Shown here piece after piece: positions 52,165 through 64,000 of a stretch of 64,000 bases of DNA. The position numbers and the translations under genes are program-made. The notes beneath the pieces were generated by a model. It made no database searches and was not told where the DNA came from. It saw only the letters and a program-made list of their open reading frames with translations. Position 1 is the first letter of the stretch; every line of letters begins with the position of its first letter. The stretch is from the human T2T-CHM13v2.0 reference genome, Homo sapiens: the NCBI RefSeq assembly GCF_009914755.1, contig NC_060935.1; one strand, given 5' to 3'.

Positions 52165-52593
52165 TGTGAGACAATTCTCCATCAGTCTTTTTTTTTTTTA
52201 GCACATTTTGCAGGCAGAGATATTGACTGCCTTTGTTCTTTTAAAATGATGTTTGTAGAACAAACATCTCTCTGGAAAGAAAGGTAGGTTTCTTCCTTTC
52301 TTCAGAGCAAAAAGCAAGCATGCTCAATGCCCACTATAGAAGGCTTGGGTTCCCTATAATGAGAGTTATTATTTTGTAATATAACTTATTGTATGTTCAG
52401 GAGTCATCCTTAGGGAACTGCGGCTATGGGAGCTGAAGACAAAATGATGTTATTCTAGCTGTGGCTATTGCTGTGGGTAATAAACTTTTATCTTTGAACC
52501 AGGGGTTTTCTGTCTTCTGGCAGCATTCATGAGGCTGTGGCAGGCTAGCTTATGGGATGCAAACTGTGTCACTTAATTTCTCAGTTCTGGACA
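52165..52593 (+). mobile_element. MER90-like LTR
   Basis: TGtgagacaattctccat...gctattgctgtgggtaataaa...ctgtggcaggctagctt...cagttctggaCA; family name from memory. Confidence 0.55.
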
Positions 52594-52896
52594 CCCAGCA
52601 TCTAGGAATGTTGTGAGAGATAGTAGCAGAGAGAGGAGTGGATCAGGAGTCAGTATAGCTGGCTGTGATATTAATGGTGTGACTTTTGACAAGTCACATA
52701 ACCTTGCTAAACCTAAGTTTCTTTGCCATGAATGTGGGGATGATAAAACATGCCACACCTGCCTGAGAGTGTGTCTGTGATAATCAAATACAATAATGCC
52801 TGTGCAAGAACTTTGAATAGTGATGAAGATCCTCTATTATATTGAAAAAAAATGGTAGTCTTCCTACCATGCTCTTCAAAGGAGCATGATCTTTAT

Positions 52897-53060
52897 GGGC
52901 ATGATGACATGTACCTGTAGTTCCAGCTACTCAGGAGACTGAGGTGGGAGGGTCCCTTGAGCCAAGAAGCTCAAAGCTGTCATGTGCGATGATTGTGTGT
53001 GTGAATAGGCCACTGCACTCCAGTCTGGTCAACATAGTGAGACCCTATCTCAAAAGAAGA
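52897..53060 (+). mobile_element. FAM (fossil Alu monomer)
   Basis: 7SL-derived gtgaataggccactgcactccag segment; perfect 18-bp TSD CAAAGGAGCATGATCTTT. Confidence 0.85.
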
Positions 53061-53219
53061 GTGTCCAAAGGAGCATGATCTTTCTAGTGTAGATTTTGGG
53101 AAGGACCATACTAGCTGTATAGTGGGCAGTAATGAGTACAGCCATTCCTTGATCATTTTATTTGCTTTTTATTAGGTTTAACAATAATGTTCAATTAACT
53201 TTATGTTCATTTAACAATC

Positions 53220-53580
53220 TGAACTAATGACTTCAAAGAATAAATATAAGTGAAATGCACAGGACACTTAAAAAATGAGCAGAAGAGATTTTTGTGATTT
53301 AATTGATTACAGTTCCTAATGAGAGAGGAACGTCAGTAGACATCAGGCTCTAAGAGTGAAATGCCACCATGCTCAGGAACAAGTTGAATGCATATTGTTT
53401 AGAAGGTCAAAACGTATTGATTTTGAGTGAAGATCTGCTGTATGGCATATCACATTGACCAAGCCACTGGCCAAACAGTGATCCTAGGGAAACTGTTTTT
53501 TTAGAAGTAGGTTTAGATAGAGAGAACAATTCTACACACTGAGAAATCAATGAGGAGAGTATAGATAATCAAACCATACC
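53220..53580 (+). mobile_element. Possible L3/CR1 LINE remnant
   Basis: Weak resemblance to the recalled CR1 3' RT region (agaagagatttttgtgatttaattgattacag...aaaccatacc). Confidence 0.3.
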
Positions 53581-56500
53581 TGCACTGTCCCAGTTAATTT
53601 TTCAATGTATTGCTATGACCAAAAGAAAATCAGTTTCTATGTCCCCTATAGCCAAGAAGAGAGTGTATGCTTCCCTTTCTTTTCTGGGCATAGCAATAGC
53701 ATTAGCTTGTAGCCCCTCAGTTTTGTACTTGCTTATGCTTTCCATTGCTCTCAAACAGAACAAATTTCTTGATCACCATAGATCACACCTTATATTTTGC
53801 TTGTAATTCCCCAAATGACTTGCGCAACATTGGGAATATCACAAGCTCGGTGCTATTCCGTTAGAAGAAATTGCTTAAAAGGAAAACCGATAGGAAAGCA
53901 AAAGCGTTTCTTAAGCCCCAATGGGAAGATGGCAATGAACTGTGCTAGAGAAGGTGCTGGAGGAATACAAAGGAATCAGAGTGATCACAGGAGTGGAGGC
54001 TCTGGCTGCCGTCCAAGTTAAGTAATTGCATCCTGTCTCTTGAAAGCCCCCTGCAGTTCCAATCAGATATGGTACTCAGCTTCATTTCTTTTCTAATGTC
54101 TGTGCTCTGATAAATAGAGGCTGCACGCAAGGATTGGGTGAAAGGCCCAGGAAGCTGAATAACTGTGACAGAGAGCCTCAATGTTTCCCTGCAGCTCTTT
54201 CCATCCCCACACTTGAATGGCGTGTCTTAAGTCTCATTCTCATCTTTGGATAGGTGGCTTGCATTATCTCCTGGAGAGAGGGCGTAAAATCAGAGGTAAA
54301 CATTCGTGAAGAAACCTAGTTTTTGTTTTAACAATCTCCTCCCTTGCAAGCGAGAATAGTATAATTATCTAATGAACTGTGAGCCACAGAGACAGATACT
54401 AGGTTTTGGAAACTCAGGGCCTCCCACCAGTTGACTTTTGCCTAAATTATTTAGATATTTCATCTAGTTCTGGTCACAATGCTGCTCTCAAAGAGAAGGA
54501 GGAGAGGAGGTGAGGAGACAGAATCCCCCCACCCCCATAACATCCCCCATTATACTCAGGTCCATTAAGAACAAGCTCCTCAATGATTTCCTCTTCTTGG
54601 CCCATAATGAAGTCAAATTGACTCTGATTGTCATCAATAATTAATGAGTCCAATGGTTCTCTGCATCTCCAGGCCATTTGGCAGATGGCACTGTCGATTT
54701 ACTATTGTGCCTGCTATTCTGGAAGCTTCTCAAAGTGGTTTATTTTGTAAAATCTAGTTACAAAGAGCTTTACACTTCAGGCGTTCTCTGGATTTTGACA
54801 TTCTATGTGTTATTTTTTCTTCCTGTGACTATGGCAGAAGAGGAATAACCAAGTTATACTGTCAGAGTTCATTTTTGCCCTCAACTGCAAGATGAACAAA
54901 ATAAGACAACATATATGTCTTTACAGCCAATGAGAAAACACACTGGTTAAGATAAATGGCATTGTAGGAAGGTATAAAGCACCTAGTGACCCAATACCAA
55001 AAAGGAATTTATTTTGAAAGTTGAGACATGTCCAAGGAGCAGTATTCAACCAAAATTTGAAAGCTTACAAGCTTAAAAAATTCTTTTTGGAGTCCAAGCT
55101 AAGATAAATGGCTCAGGTATTAGTGAGAGCTGAGTGAGCCTGGGTGAAAGTTTGAAGTAAAAATAACACACCAGGAGTGGTAGATATATATTACATATCA
55201 GATGGCCTTAGGGAAAATGTTCATGGAATCTTTTATTGTCAGCAGGGCTGGGATTCTGTCACAGGACTTTTCTTTGACTTTCCTTATATTAATTCAGTGT
55301 CAAAGAAAGAAGGGCAGGTGAGGTGGGGTGCCCAGTGGCATATACCTAACATGCAGTCACGCCAAAATAAATGTGTCCTGGATGTAAAGAAGACCTAGGA
55401 TAACTTCTAGGTTCGAACTATAAACCAGCGTTCCCTTTCCAAAGGTCTTCCAGAAAATTAAAGCTTGGTAAATCCCATATTCACCAAAGTATATTACCTG
55501 AGATTATATCCTCTTGTTTGAAGCCATTCTTCTGGTTAAGAAACAGGAGTCTGGGGCTAAAGTGGTTCCTTAGAAAATAAGCATATTTTCATTCAGAGGC
55601 TTTAAAAAATATCTACCAGGGAGAGAGTTCCAGAAAAGGTAGGACTAAGAATGAGTTTTCCTCTGCACAGATCCTGTCTCTGGGGAACAGGATAAATTGT
55701 GGAGTCTGAGAAACTTCTCTCTATCTTCAGAGCACTCACTTGATTTTACCGATAGCTAGCTTCCCATAAAGTAATTGAGTTATATGTTAAGTCACAGCTT
55801 CATAGGAGACCTGCTTTGTGACCATAATTTTACATTGCAGTTTCTTCTGATTCAGCGCACAGTGTCTGGAAGGTTTAAAATACGTAACCTTTCTTTTTAG
55901 AAAGATATTTTTGTGTACTTATGTTGAAGCAGGAACTCTCAGTATACTTCACCTAGTATAGAAATGGTCCCAGATACGCAAATAGTGGGGCCAGTATGGT
56001 TCGATTGCGAGGACTGATACCTTTAAGTACTTAAAAATATAAAAAAAGTACAACAGAGCTTTTCCCACTCTCTCTGAGAAGATTGGAGGCTTGGTGTGAA
56101 CCAGCCAGTGTTTGGATAGAAGTTATATCTTTTAAAAGAGCAATGAGCTCATCAAAATACAGCTGTTGCACAGAAAGGAATTGTTTCTCATAAACCTTGT
56201 CTCCTCCTTGTCCACCGTCAGGTGCCATATTCTACCCAGGTTACATTTACTTTGCACGAGGCCTTGATATGTTGGCTCTGCCAACCCTGCACTGTTAAAA
56301 CAACTGCTAAACTTCCCTCAATGGTCACTGAGCATGTCTCCTTCAAGGACAAGTATAAATAAATTACCTATTGACCTTAGCTGTCAAATGAGTGAGAGAA
56401 GACATTAGAAAGTTCATGTGAATTATGAATGTGGACACCTCCTTCTTCCTCTGTCTTCTACTCTATGGGGTCCCATGTTTATATTCACCAACATGAAATC

Positions 56501-56788
56501 CCGGTTTTTCTGCACAAAGAGATGAAGTTGTCAGTATTTCAGAAAATGAAGGCATTAGGAATTAGGCATGATCTAGAAATAAAATAACTCACATGCTTAT
56601 TGGTCTCTTACAGGTTTTCTGTCCCTACATTTACTCATCATCTGAGAAGAAGGCAGTGCTATTGGTAAGAAAGGATTGAGAAGGTGCACATATAGTCGTT
56701 CCTAGCACTTGTAATCTTTGTTTAAAATTGCATTTTGTTTTTTTTTTTAAATTATGAAAGCGTTACTTAATCATTATTGAAAACTATA

Positions 56789-57067
56789 TTTTTTTTTTTT
56801 CTGAGACAGGGTCTTCTTGCTCTGTTGCCCAGGCTGGAGTGCGGTGACACATCATAGCTCACTGCAGCCTTGAACTCCTGGGCTGAAGCAATCCTCTGTC
56901 CTCAGCCTCCTGAGTAGTTAGGACCACAAGCATGTGCTACCACATCTGACTAATTTTTAAACTCACTATATTACCTATACTGATCTTAAACTCCTGGCTT
57001 CAACCAATCCTCCTGCCTTGGCCTCCTAAAGAGTTGGGATTACAGACATGAGCTACCACGCCCAGTC
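56789..57067 (-). mobile_element. AluJ with internal deletion
   Basis: T-tail; ctctgttgcccaggctggagtgc; gttgggattacagacatgagc. Confidence 0.9.
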
Positions 57068-57469
57068 AAAAACTCTTAAAAGACAAAAATATTAAAATCA
57101 ACCATAACCTTTCAATGCAGAAGTGATGGATATCAAAATTTTAAAATAATTATATTTTGAAGTTTTAATATTTTGGATACTAAATACATACACTGCACTA
57201 ATAATTGGACTCCTACCAAAGAGACCGTTTTGTATCATGCTTTTAAAACAATAATATAGCAGAAGGATTTTGCTAGGCTATTCAAACTCATTAACAAGGC
57301 AGTTTTTAAGAGCTGCATAGAAGGTATTTCATGATAGGGCGGCACATGTTTGATTCAATACTGGTAATTTTGAGAGGTAGAAAATATGGTTATTGTTGAA
57401 ATAAACAGTTAGAGAGGTTCCAGAGCGTAAGAATGGGAGGAATTCAGTTTGATATATTTGACAACAATA

Positions 57470-58060
57470 CATATTGAGCATCTCTAGTCTGAATATCTGA
57501 AACCTGAAAGGCCCCCAAATGTAAAACTTTTTAGAGCACCGACGTGGAGACCAAAGCCTGCTGCGGTTTGTTGCTGCTGTTAAAGCCAGCACAGATACCT
57601 GGTGATGCTACCGTGTTGTTCTGTCACCTTGAACACATTATTTTTTTCACTGTATTCATGATATGTCATTTTTTTTTTTACTGTTAAGTACTTATGTGTG
57701 AATAAGTATAAGAAAAGGATTGCTTATGAGGAACATATAAATTCAAAGTAAGAAATTACGGTGATGCCAAACAACCACAGATTGTCCACATGGGTGGCTG
57801 AGATAGTGACACCTTTCCTTTCTGATGGTTCAATATGCACAAACTCTGTTTCATGCACAAAAGTATTAAAAATATCGTATGAAATTATGTGCAGTCCTAT
57901 GTATAAGGTATATATGAAACATCAATCAATTTTGTTCCTGGGCTTGGGTCCCATCCCCAAGACATCTCGTTATGTATATGCAAATATTCTAAAATTTGAA
58001 AATATTCTTAATCTGAAGCACTCCTGGTCCCAACATTTCAGATAAGAGATACTCAATCTG
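57470..58060. mobile_element. Tigger4 (Zombi)-family internally deleted element
   Basis: TA|catattgagcatctct ... gataagagatactcaatctg|TA; gggtcccatccccaagacatctc. Confidence 0.8.
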
Positions 58061-58565
58061 TATTTTAACAGCCTGCCATGTGCAAGGTCATCTGTTGATT
58101 CTGGAGTCACAGGATGAGTTAAACATATATCTTGTTGTCAAAGGAGATTTCATTAGTAATAACAAATACCTTATTTTATATCACAGTTTATATTAACCTT
58201 TGCCACGCACTGTTCATTTGATCTTCACTGAGAGATGGGTAGAGCTTATGATGCCCATTTTGCAGATGAGGCTCGCAGAGTTAAATGATGTGTAATTAGC
58301 TACTAAGCAACTCAGCAGCCGAGCCATTTTGTTACCCTGTGCCCTTTGCTCTCCCCAGTACTCTCTCCCTGGCTGAGCTCTTGGTCCCATTCCTTCTTTT
58401 TACCTGCCTTTCATCATCTGTTGCCTCTGTCCAGTGGGTTTCTATGAGGATCACTAGCTAGTCTCCTGTTTCCTTTGCTCTTCATTCATATCTGTCTTCA
58501 CCGTATCCTCAGAATGCTGTTCTTTCTAAGAATTAGTAGATCTAGGACCTTGTAAGAATAGCCTA

Positions 58566-58958
<393 letters not shown>

Positions 58959-60074
58959 TTAGCCAAATAAGGAAAATGAAAGCATTGAGGAAAAGAGAAG
59001 GGAGAAACTGGTGAGGTGGGGAGGTGGTTGAGATCATGGGAAAGAGGAGGAGGACTCCTTTAAGCCACCGCAGCATTCTGAGCTTTGGTTTATTTTGTTG
59101 TTGTGTTTTAATGGGCTTTGGCTCTTTTTCTGTTTCTCTTTTACTGCATTAGTGACACCATTCAGATAGGATAGAAAAAAAATAGCAAAATGGTAATAGT
59201 CAATTTAAGGGGAAAAGAGAAACCACACACATAGAGGAAAAATATGCCAAATGCCAGCACAAAAAGGCACTCACCTTTTCACAGGGGTCTTTCTGCCAGC
59301 TGGTACCGAGGAGCTGACACAGCTCTTCTCAGAGGGTAGGCACAGTGCAGCGGGAGAGGGGGCTGGACAGGGGTACTAGGGAAGGGGCCAGAAATGGGGC
59401 TTGAGAGAGGATGGGGGTAAAGCAGCAAATGGGACTGGAGAGGTCTAATTACAGACCGTGGAGGATGTCTGACTGTTCTCTATGACCTATGGGGCGGGGG
59501 CAGAGTGGCCACAGGTTAGAGCTGGCATCATGGAGCTCGGGAGATTGTATGTCCCTAGACTTGTGCAGGATGAATTTCTCATCTGAATTCTTGGTGGCTG
59601 TCACTGACTTCTCCCCTGCAGGCTTTGTTATTATTACTGTCATCACCTTTTTGTCTCCACTGCTGGAAACCTTCATTGCCAGCCGAGTAATCTTATTTAT
59701 CCCTCAAGATGCCCCGTGCCCAAGAGGGCTCGCGATGCGCATTGCCTGATATCAAAGTCTGGCTCTTTAGAAATAAGCGGACCAAGAGCAGAACAGAATT
59801 CCTTGTTTTACTTTTAGATATTATTATAATTTATGGACATGCAATATTATTAATCCTATTGGTTAAATATATTATCAATGTATTCATGATAATGATGATG
59901 ATGATGGTTTACACTTTTCAGCACTTTGAATATCTTGGCAACTGTCAGAAGTAAGTTACAGACATTAATGCATTTACTTTGCACAATTATCCTAGAGGTA
60001 GGTACCATTATTATCATCATTTCATAAATGTGTAAATGGAGTTCTAAACAAGATAACTTGACCTAGTTACTAAC

Positions 60075-61440
60075 CAAGATTGGAAGCTATCAGAAGGTTT
60101 TGAGCAGAATCGTGACATGATGCAACATATTTTTAAAAAGGATCACTTTGGCTGCTGTGTGCACTGTAGAGGACAGGGACAGAAACCCAGAGGTCATTTA
60201 GGAGGTGGGAAGTGATGGTAGCTTGGACCAAGATGAGAACAGGGTAGTTGATGAAAAGCAGTCACATTCTCAACAATTTGATGGCAAATAAAACAAAAGT
60301 TCTGAGTCATTGGTCGTGAAGTGTAAGAGAAAGAAAGAAGTCATGAATGAAGCTATGGCTTTGGCCTGAGCAAAGAATGAGCTGCTATGAACTGAAATGG
60401 GAATAATTGTGGGAGGAGCATCTGTGAGAAGGAAGATCAGGCTTTCGCTTTTGGAATGATTAAGTTTGAAATGTCTTCTGAGTATCCAGGGCATGGAGTT
60501 AAATGTAGATGTCTGGGTTGACTGTATACATTTGGGAGTCACTCGCATGCACATAACATTTAAAGCCATGCTAGTGGATGAGATAATCAAGGGAATGATT
60601 ATAGATAGAGAATCTATCTAGTTAGAGAATTACTATAGATATAACTAAGGCTCAAGTCTTGGGATGCTCAAACACTCAAATATTTAGAGTTTGGAGAGTT
60701 GAGGAGGAAGCAGAAAAATGACCAGGAAAGATCCACCGGTGAGGATCAAAACCAAAAGTGTTCTTTTGAGTCCTGGGAGCCAAGTGGAGAAGGTGTTATC
60801 AAGGGGGGAAGAAGTGATCCATCCTATCAAATGCTGCCAATAGATCAAATAAAATGAAGACCAAAAAATGACCACGAATGAGAAGTTGGATCTAGCCACA
60901 TTCTGGTCATTGTTCACCCTGATAAGAGCAGTTTTACTAGAGGCAGACAGAGTGAAAGCCAGATTGGAAAGTGTTCAAGGAGGAATACAAGAAGAGAAAT
61001 TGGAGACAGTAAATATAGACAACACTTCCAGAGACTTTTGTTGTAAAGGAGTGCACAACAAAGGGTCATTATGTTAAGGAGATGCAGGTATAATTTAAAG
61101 ATATTTTTTAAATGTGGAAATTCTGGTATGTTTGAATGGAAATGGGAATGGCCCAGGAAACAAGGAACAATGCATGGGAGTGGAACTTCCACAGTGATAC
61201 CCTTGAGGAGGGAGAGGTGATGAGATCTGGTACCGAGGGTGAGGGGTTAGTTTTGGCTAGTAGCATGTTCATCAATAGTTAACATAAGGGAGGGCAGAAT
61301 CAGGGCCCAGATGTGAGTCGATACAGGTTTATGGAAGTTCTCTGAGAGCACTTAGAGCAATGGGAAGCCAGGTCATCAGTGAAGAGTAAAAAAGAAGATG
61401 GGGTAGTTGGAAATTTGAGAAGAGAATAGAAGATATGAAG
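60075..61440 (-). mobile_element. L2a-like LINE fragment
   Basis: ggttttgagcagaatcgtgacatga...ggatcactttggctgctgtg; atttaaagccatg; tcaaatgctgcc. Confidence 0.75.
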
Positions 61441-61493
61441 AGTTAACCTATTAACAGTTCTGTTGATTATTTTTTACTTTCCAAATTTGACGT

Positions 61494-62357
61494 TGTAAAA
61501 TAGGAAAAAACATCAAACTGACTGTTTTCTCCTGCTGCATTCTCACCATGATACTCTCAAGACTTTACTTCTGTGATGTGTAGTCCTCCCTCCCCACCCC
61601 GACACACCAAGCAATTCTCTGGCAGACACCAGCACGGTGTCCTAAATTTAATTCAACTCTGACACTGTCTATCTGGAATTAGAGTCAGATCTCACGGATC
61701 AAGGGCTCAGTCCCACAAGACTGCCCTCTACGTCAGATACCAATGGCAAGTCTGGGGCTCTGAACTTCTGACCAACTGGAGATGAATTGTGGCCTCCTAT
61801 AAAGCCCCTCTTCTGGCTCAAGCATTTGTTGGAATGGCTCACAAAACTCAGGAAGGTACTTCACTTATGTTTACCTGTTTATTTCAAAAGATCTTACAGA
61901 GGATACAATTGAGCAGCCAGATGGAAGAGATGCATAGGGGTATGGGGGTAGCGGCACAGAGCACGGAGCTTCTGTACCCTCTCTTGGGGCACACCACCAT
62001 CCCAGCACCTCCAAATGTTCAACAACCTGGAAGCTCTCCAAGCCCCATCCTTTTGGGTCTTTATGGAGGCTTCATTATGTAGGCATGATTGATTACATCA
62101 TTGGCCTTTGGTGATCAATTCAACCTTCAGCTCTTCTCCCCTCCAGGAGTTGGAGTGGGGTGGGAGGTAGGGCTGAACATTCCCATGGCAACCAGCCCCC
62201 ATCCTGAGGCTATCCAGGAGACCCCAGCTAACCATTATCATTAGCATACAAAAAGACACTTATCACTTCAGAGATGCCAAGGGTTTTAGGAGCTGTATGC
62301 CAGGAAATGGGACGAAGACCAAAATATATATTTCTTATTATAAAACATGATATCACA
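61494..62357 (-). mobile_element. MER21C-like LTR
   Basis: TG...CA; agagtcagatctcacgg...gggctcagtcccacaagactgccc; ggcaaccagcccccatcctgaggctatccagg. Confidence 0.82.
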
Positions 62358-63662
62358 GACACTAATTATTTTATGGCAGAAAATATACCATGGAAAATAA
62401 GCTTGAAGATCTTTTCTTTTGAGTCAGATACATTTGGGTTTTTTTCCCCAGTGGTAAGCATATGTAGTTGACATATTGTGTTGCCTTTCACTGCATGCCT
62501 CTGGCTTCATGTAGGACCCACGTGTGAAGCCTGTGAGTTTGATTGCACTGCAGGAGGACCCCCTAAAGCTACTGCTGCAAAATGCTCCTAGAGCAAAGGC
62601 CCTTCAGGGTCCAGGTATGATAATTCTATAGCGTTTTCTTGGTCCTTGAGCTTTTTTTTGGTTCTGGATTGAATTGGGCATTTCATTTCTGGGATTCCTG
62701 TGGATTTCACAATGGTGAGTGTGAAGCACAGCTTAAACAAAGATGTAAAAGGCTGTAGGGAAAAAGGAAAACTGAGAACACAAATACATTGCAAGGAGTC
62801 CATAGCTGTGGGAGCAAGCAAGCAACACAGCTGCAAGGAGATGCTGCTGGGAGCAGCTGTTACTGTATTTTGAAGCACCACTTATTTTAATTGAAGGACA
62901 ATTGGATAATAATATTGTGCAATAATGGTGCACCTTTGTGTGAGACCTCTGGAGACCTCCCCACGCATGATGTAATATGGCCCCATATAGTTAGAAGAAA
63001 GAGCCAGGTATAGCTGCCTTATTTTGCAAAACAAATGAAACTGGGTCTACATCTTGCAAGAATATTCTGAAAGAACCATTGCTCTAGGCCCCTGATGCAG
63101 CAGTGCAAATAAGAGTGACCATCTGGAGAAAATTGCTGTTGGGTGACTCTTCAGACTATCCAGGGCAAAAGTAGCCAGGAGAGCAGTCAGTTATGCATGT
63201 ATATTTTTCCCAAGGTAAATAGGTTAAAAGGGTAGGGTGGTGTCAGATATCCAGGCAAGTAAAGGTTCTTCTGAAAGCAACATAGAGCAAGGAACTCACA
63301 CCAAGAATGCAACATAGAAACATAGGACCACAGGATTTTCAGTATGCAAGATACCTTTAAGATGGTCTAGGTTAGGTCTAGTTCATTCCTCTTTTAGCTC
63401 TTTGAAGTCTATTTCTAAGGCAAAGTTTCCCCCAGCTATGGACTCCTTGCATATGCCTTGTCAGGGCAAGAAAGAGCCAACTGGGATTGAAGTAGAGAAA
63501 TTGAAATAGGCAATTAAATGGATGTGCTCAGGGAAGGGGTGAATGTAGGCAATTAGCTAGGTAGATCCTAAAAATCCAGTAGTTTAAAGTAGAACTCTTC
63601 CCTGACAAGGTGAATTCAAGACTATCTAGGGCAAAATAATTTCCTTTCTGACTTATTCTAGA

Positions 63663-63845
63663 CCAGTGCTCCTCAAATATTAATCTGCATATGAATCACT
63701 TGGGGGTTTTGTTAAAATGCAGATTCTGATTTACTGGGTCTGGAGTGGGTGCCAAGATTCTGCATTTTTATAGTGACCCTCTCTTTTGGTTCAATCACAC
63801 AGGTGACCATGGTACTGCTGGCTTGGAGACCACACTCTGAGGGGC
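63663..63845. mobile_element. MER5A MITE
   Basis: cagtgctcctcaaa...gaatcacttggggg...ttgttaaaatgcagattctgatt...gaccacactctgag. Confidence 0.8.
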
Positions 63846-64000
63846 CAGAATAGAGGCAATTGCTCAGCTCTCCATTTTTGTGTTAAACGCATTTACACCC
63901 TCACTGATTGTTTGGTGTTACATTATCTTCTTTCAAGGAAAATTCATTTGCATGAGGTATTTTTAGCTACAAGGGTTCTCTTGATGAAGCATAAGTGAAT

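Noticed and set aside
54677-54692. CTCF-like TTGGCAGATGGCAC
   Set aside because: Mismatches the 5' CCA of the core consensus; better read as an E-box.

Overview
Primate (most likely human) non-coding genomic DNA, either intergenic or deep inside a large intron. I see no protein-coding gene, RNA gene or CRISPR array. The ORF-track entries are chance ORFs or read-throughs of Alu, L1, MaLR/ERVL or microsatellite sequence. A large part of the window is decayed transposable elements: AluJ/AluS dimers plus FLAM/FAM monomers (no AluY seen), L1 fragments (L1MC, L1PB, L1PA, L1MB and an old L1M), L2/MIR, a THE1 solo LTR, a deleted MST provirus, two MER21 LTRs, a deleted LTR16/ERVL provirus with a gag remnant, and Tigger/hAT DNA transposons. 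Between them lie repeat-poor blocks with local CpG and TAAT clusters that could be enhancers (inference only). The most notable things read directly from the sequence are: (i) a ~200-bp non-tandem local duplication (1489-1687 / 3685-3886) tied to an Alu target site and ending in a hairpin; (ii) several short fold-back, template-switch-like scars inside old LINEs; (iii) a three-level nested insertion, L1M > Tigger2a > AluJ + L1PA; (iv) a perfect 18-bp TSD around an ancient FAM; (v) candidate recursive splice sites and exon-like segments. I cannot support a claim of a new biological system. Subfamily names are recalled from consensus sequences, not from a RepeatMasker run, and the boundaries of old repeats are approximate. 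I could not identify the locus.
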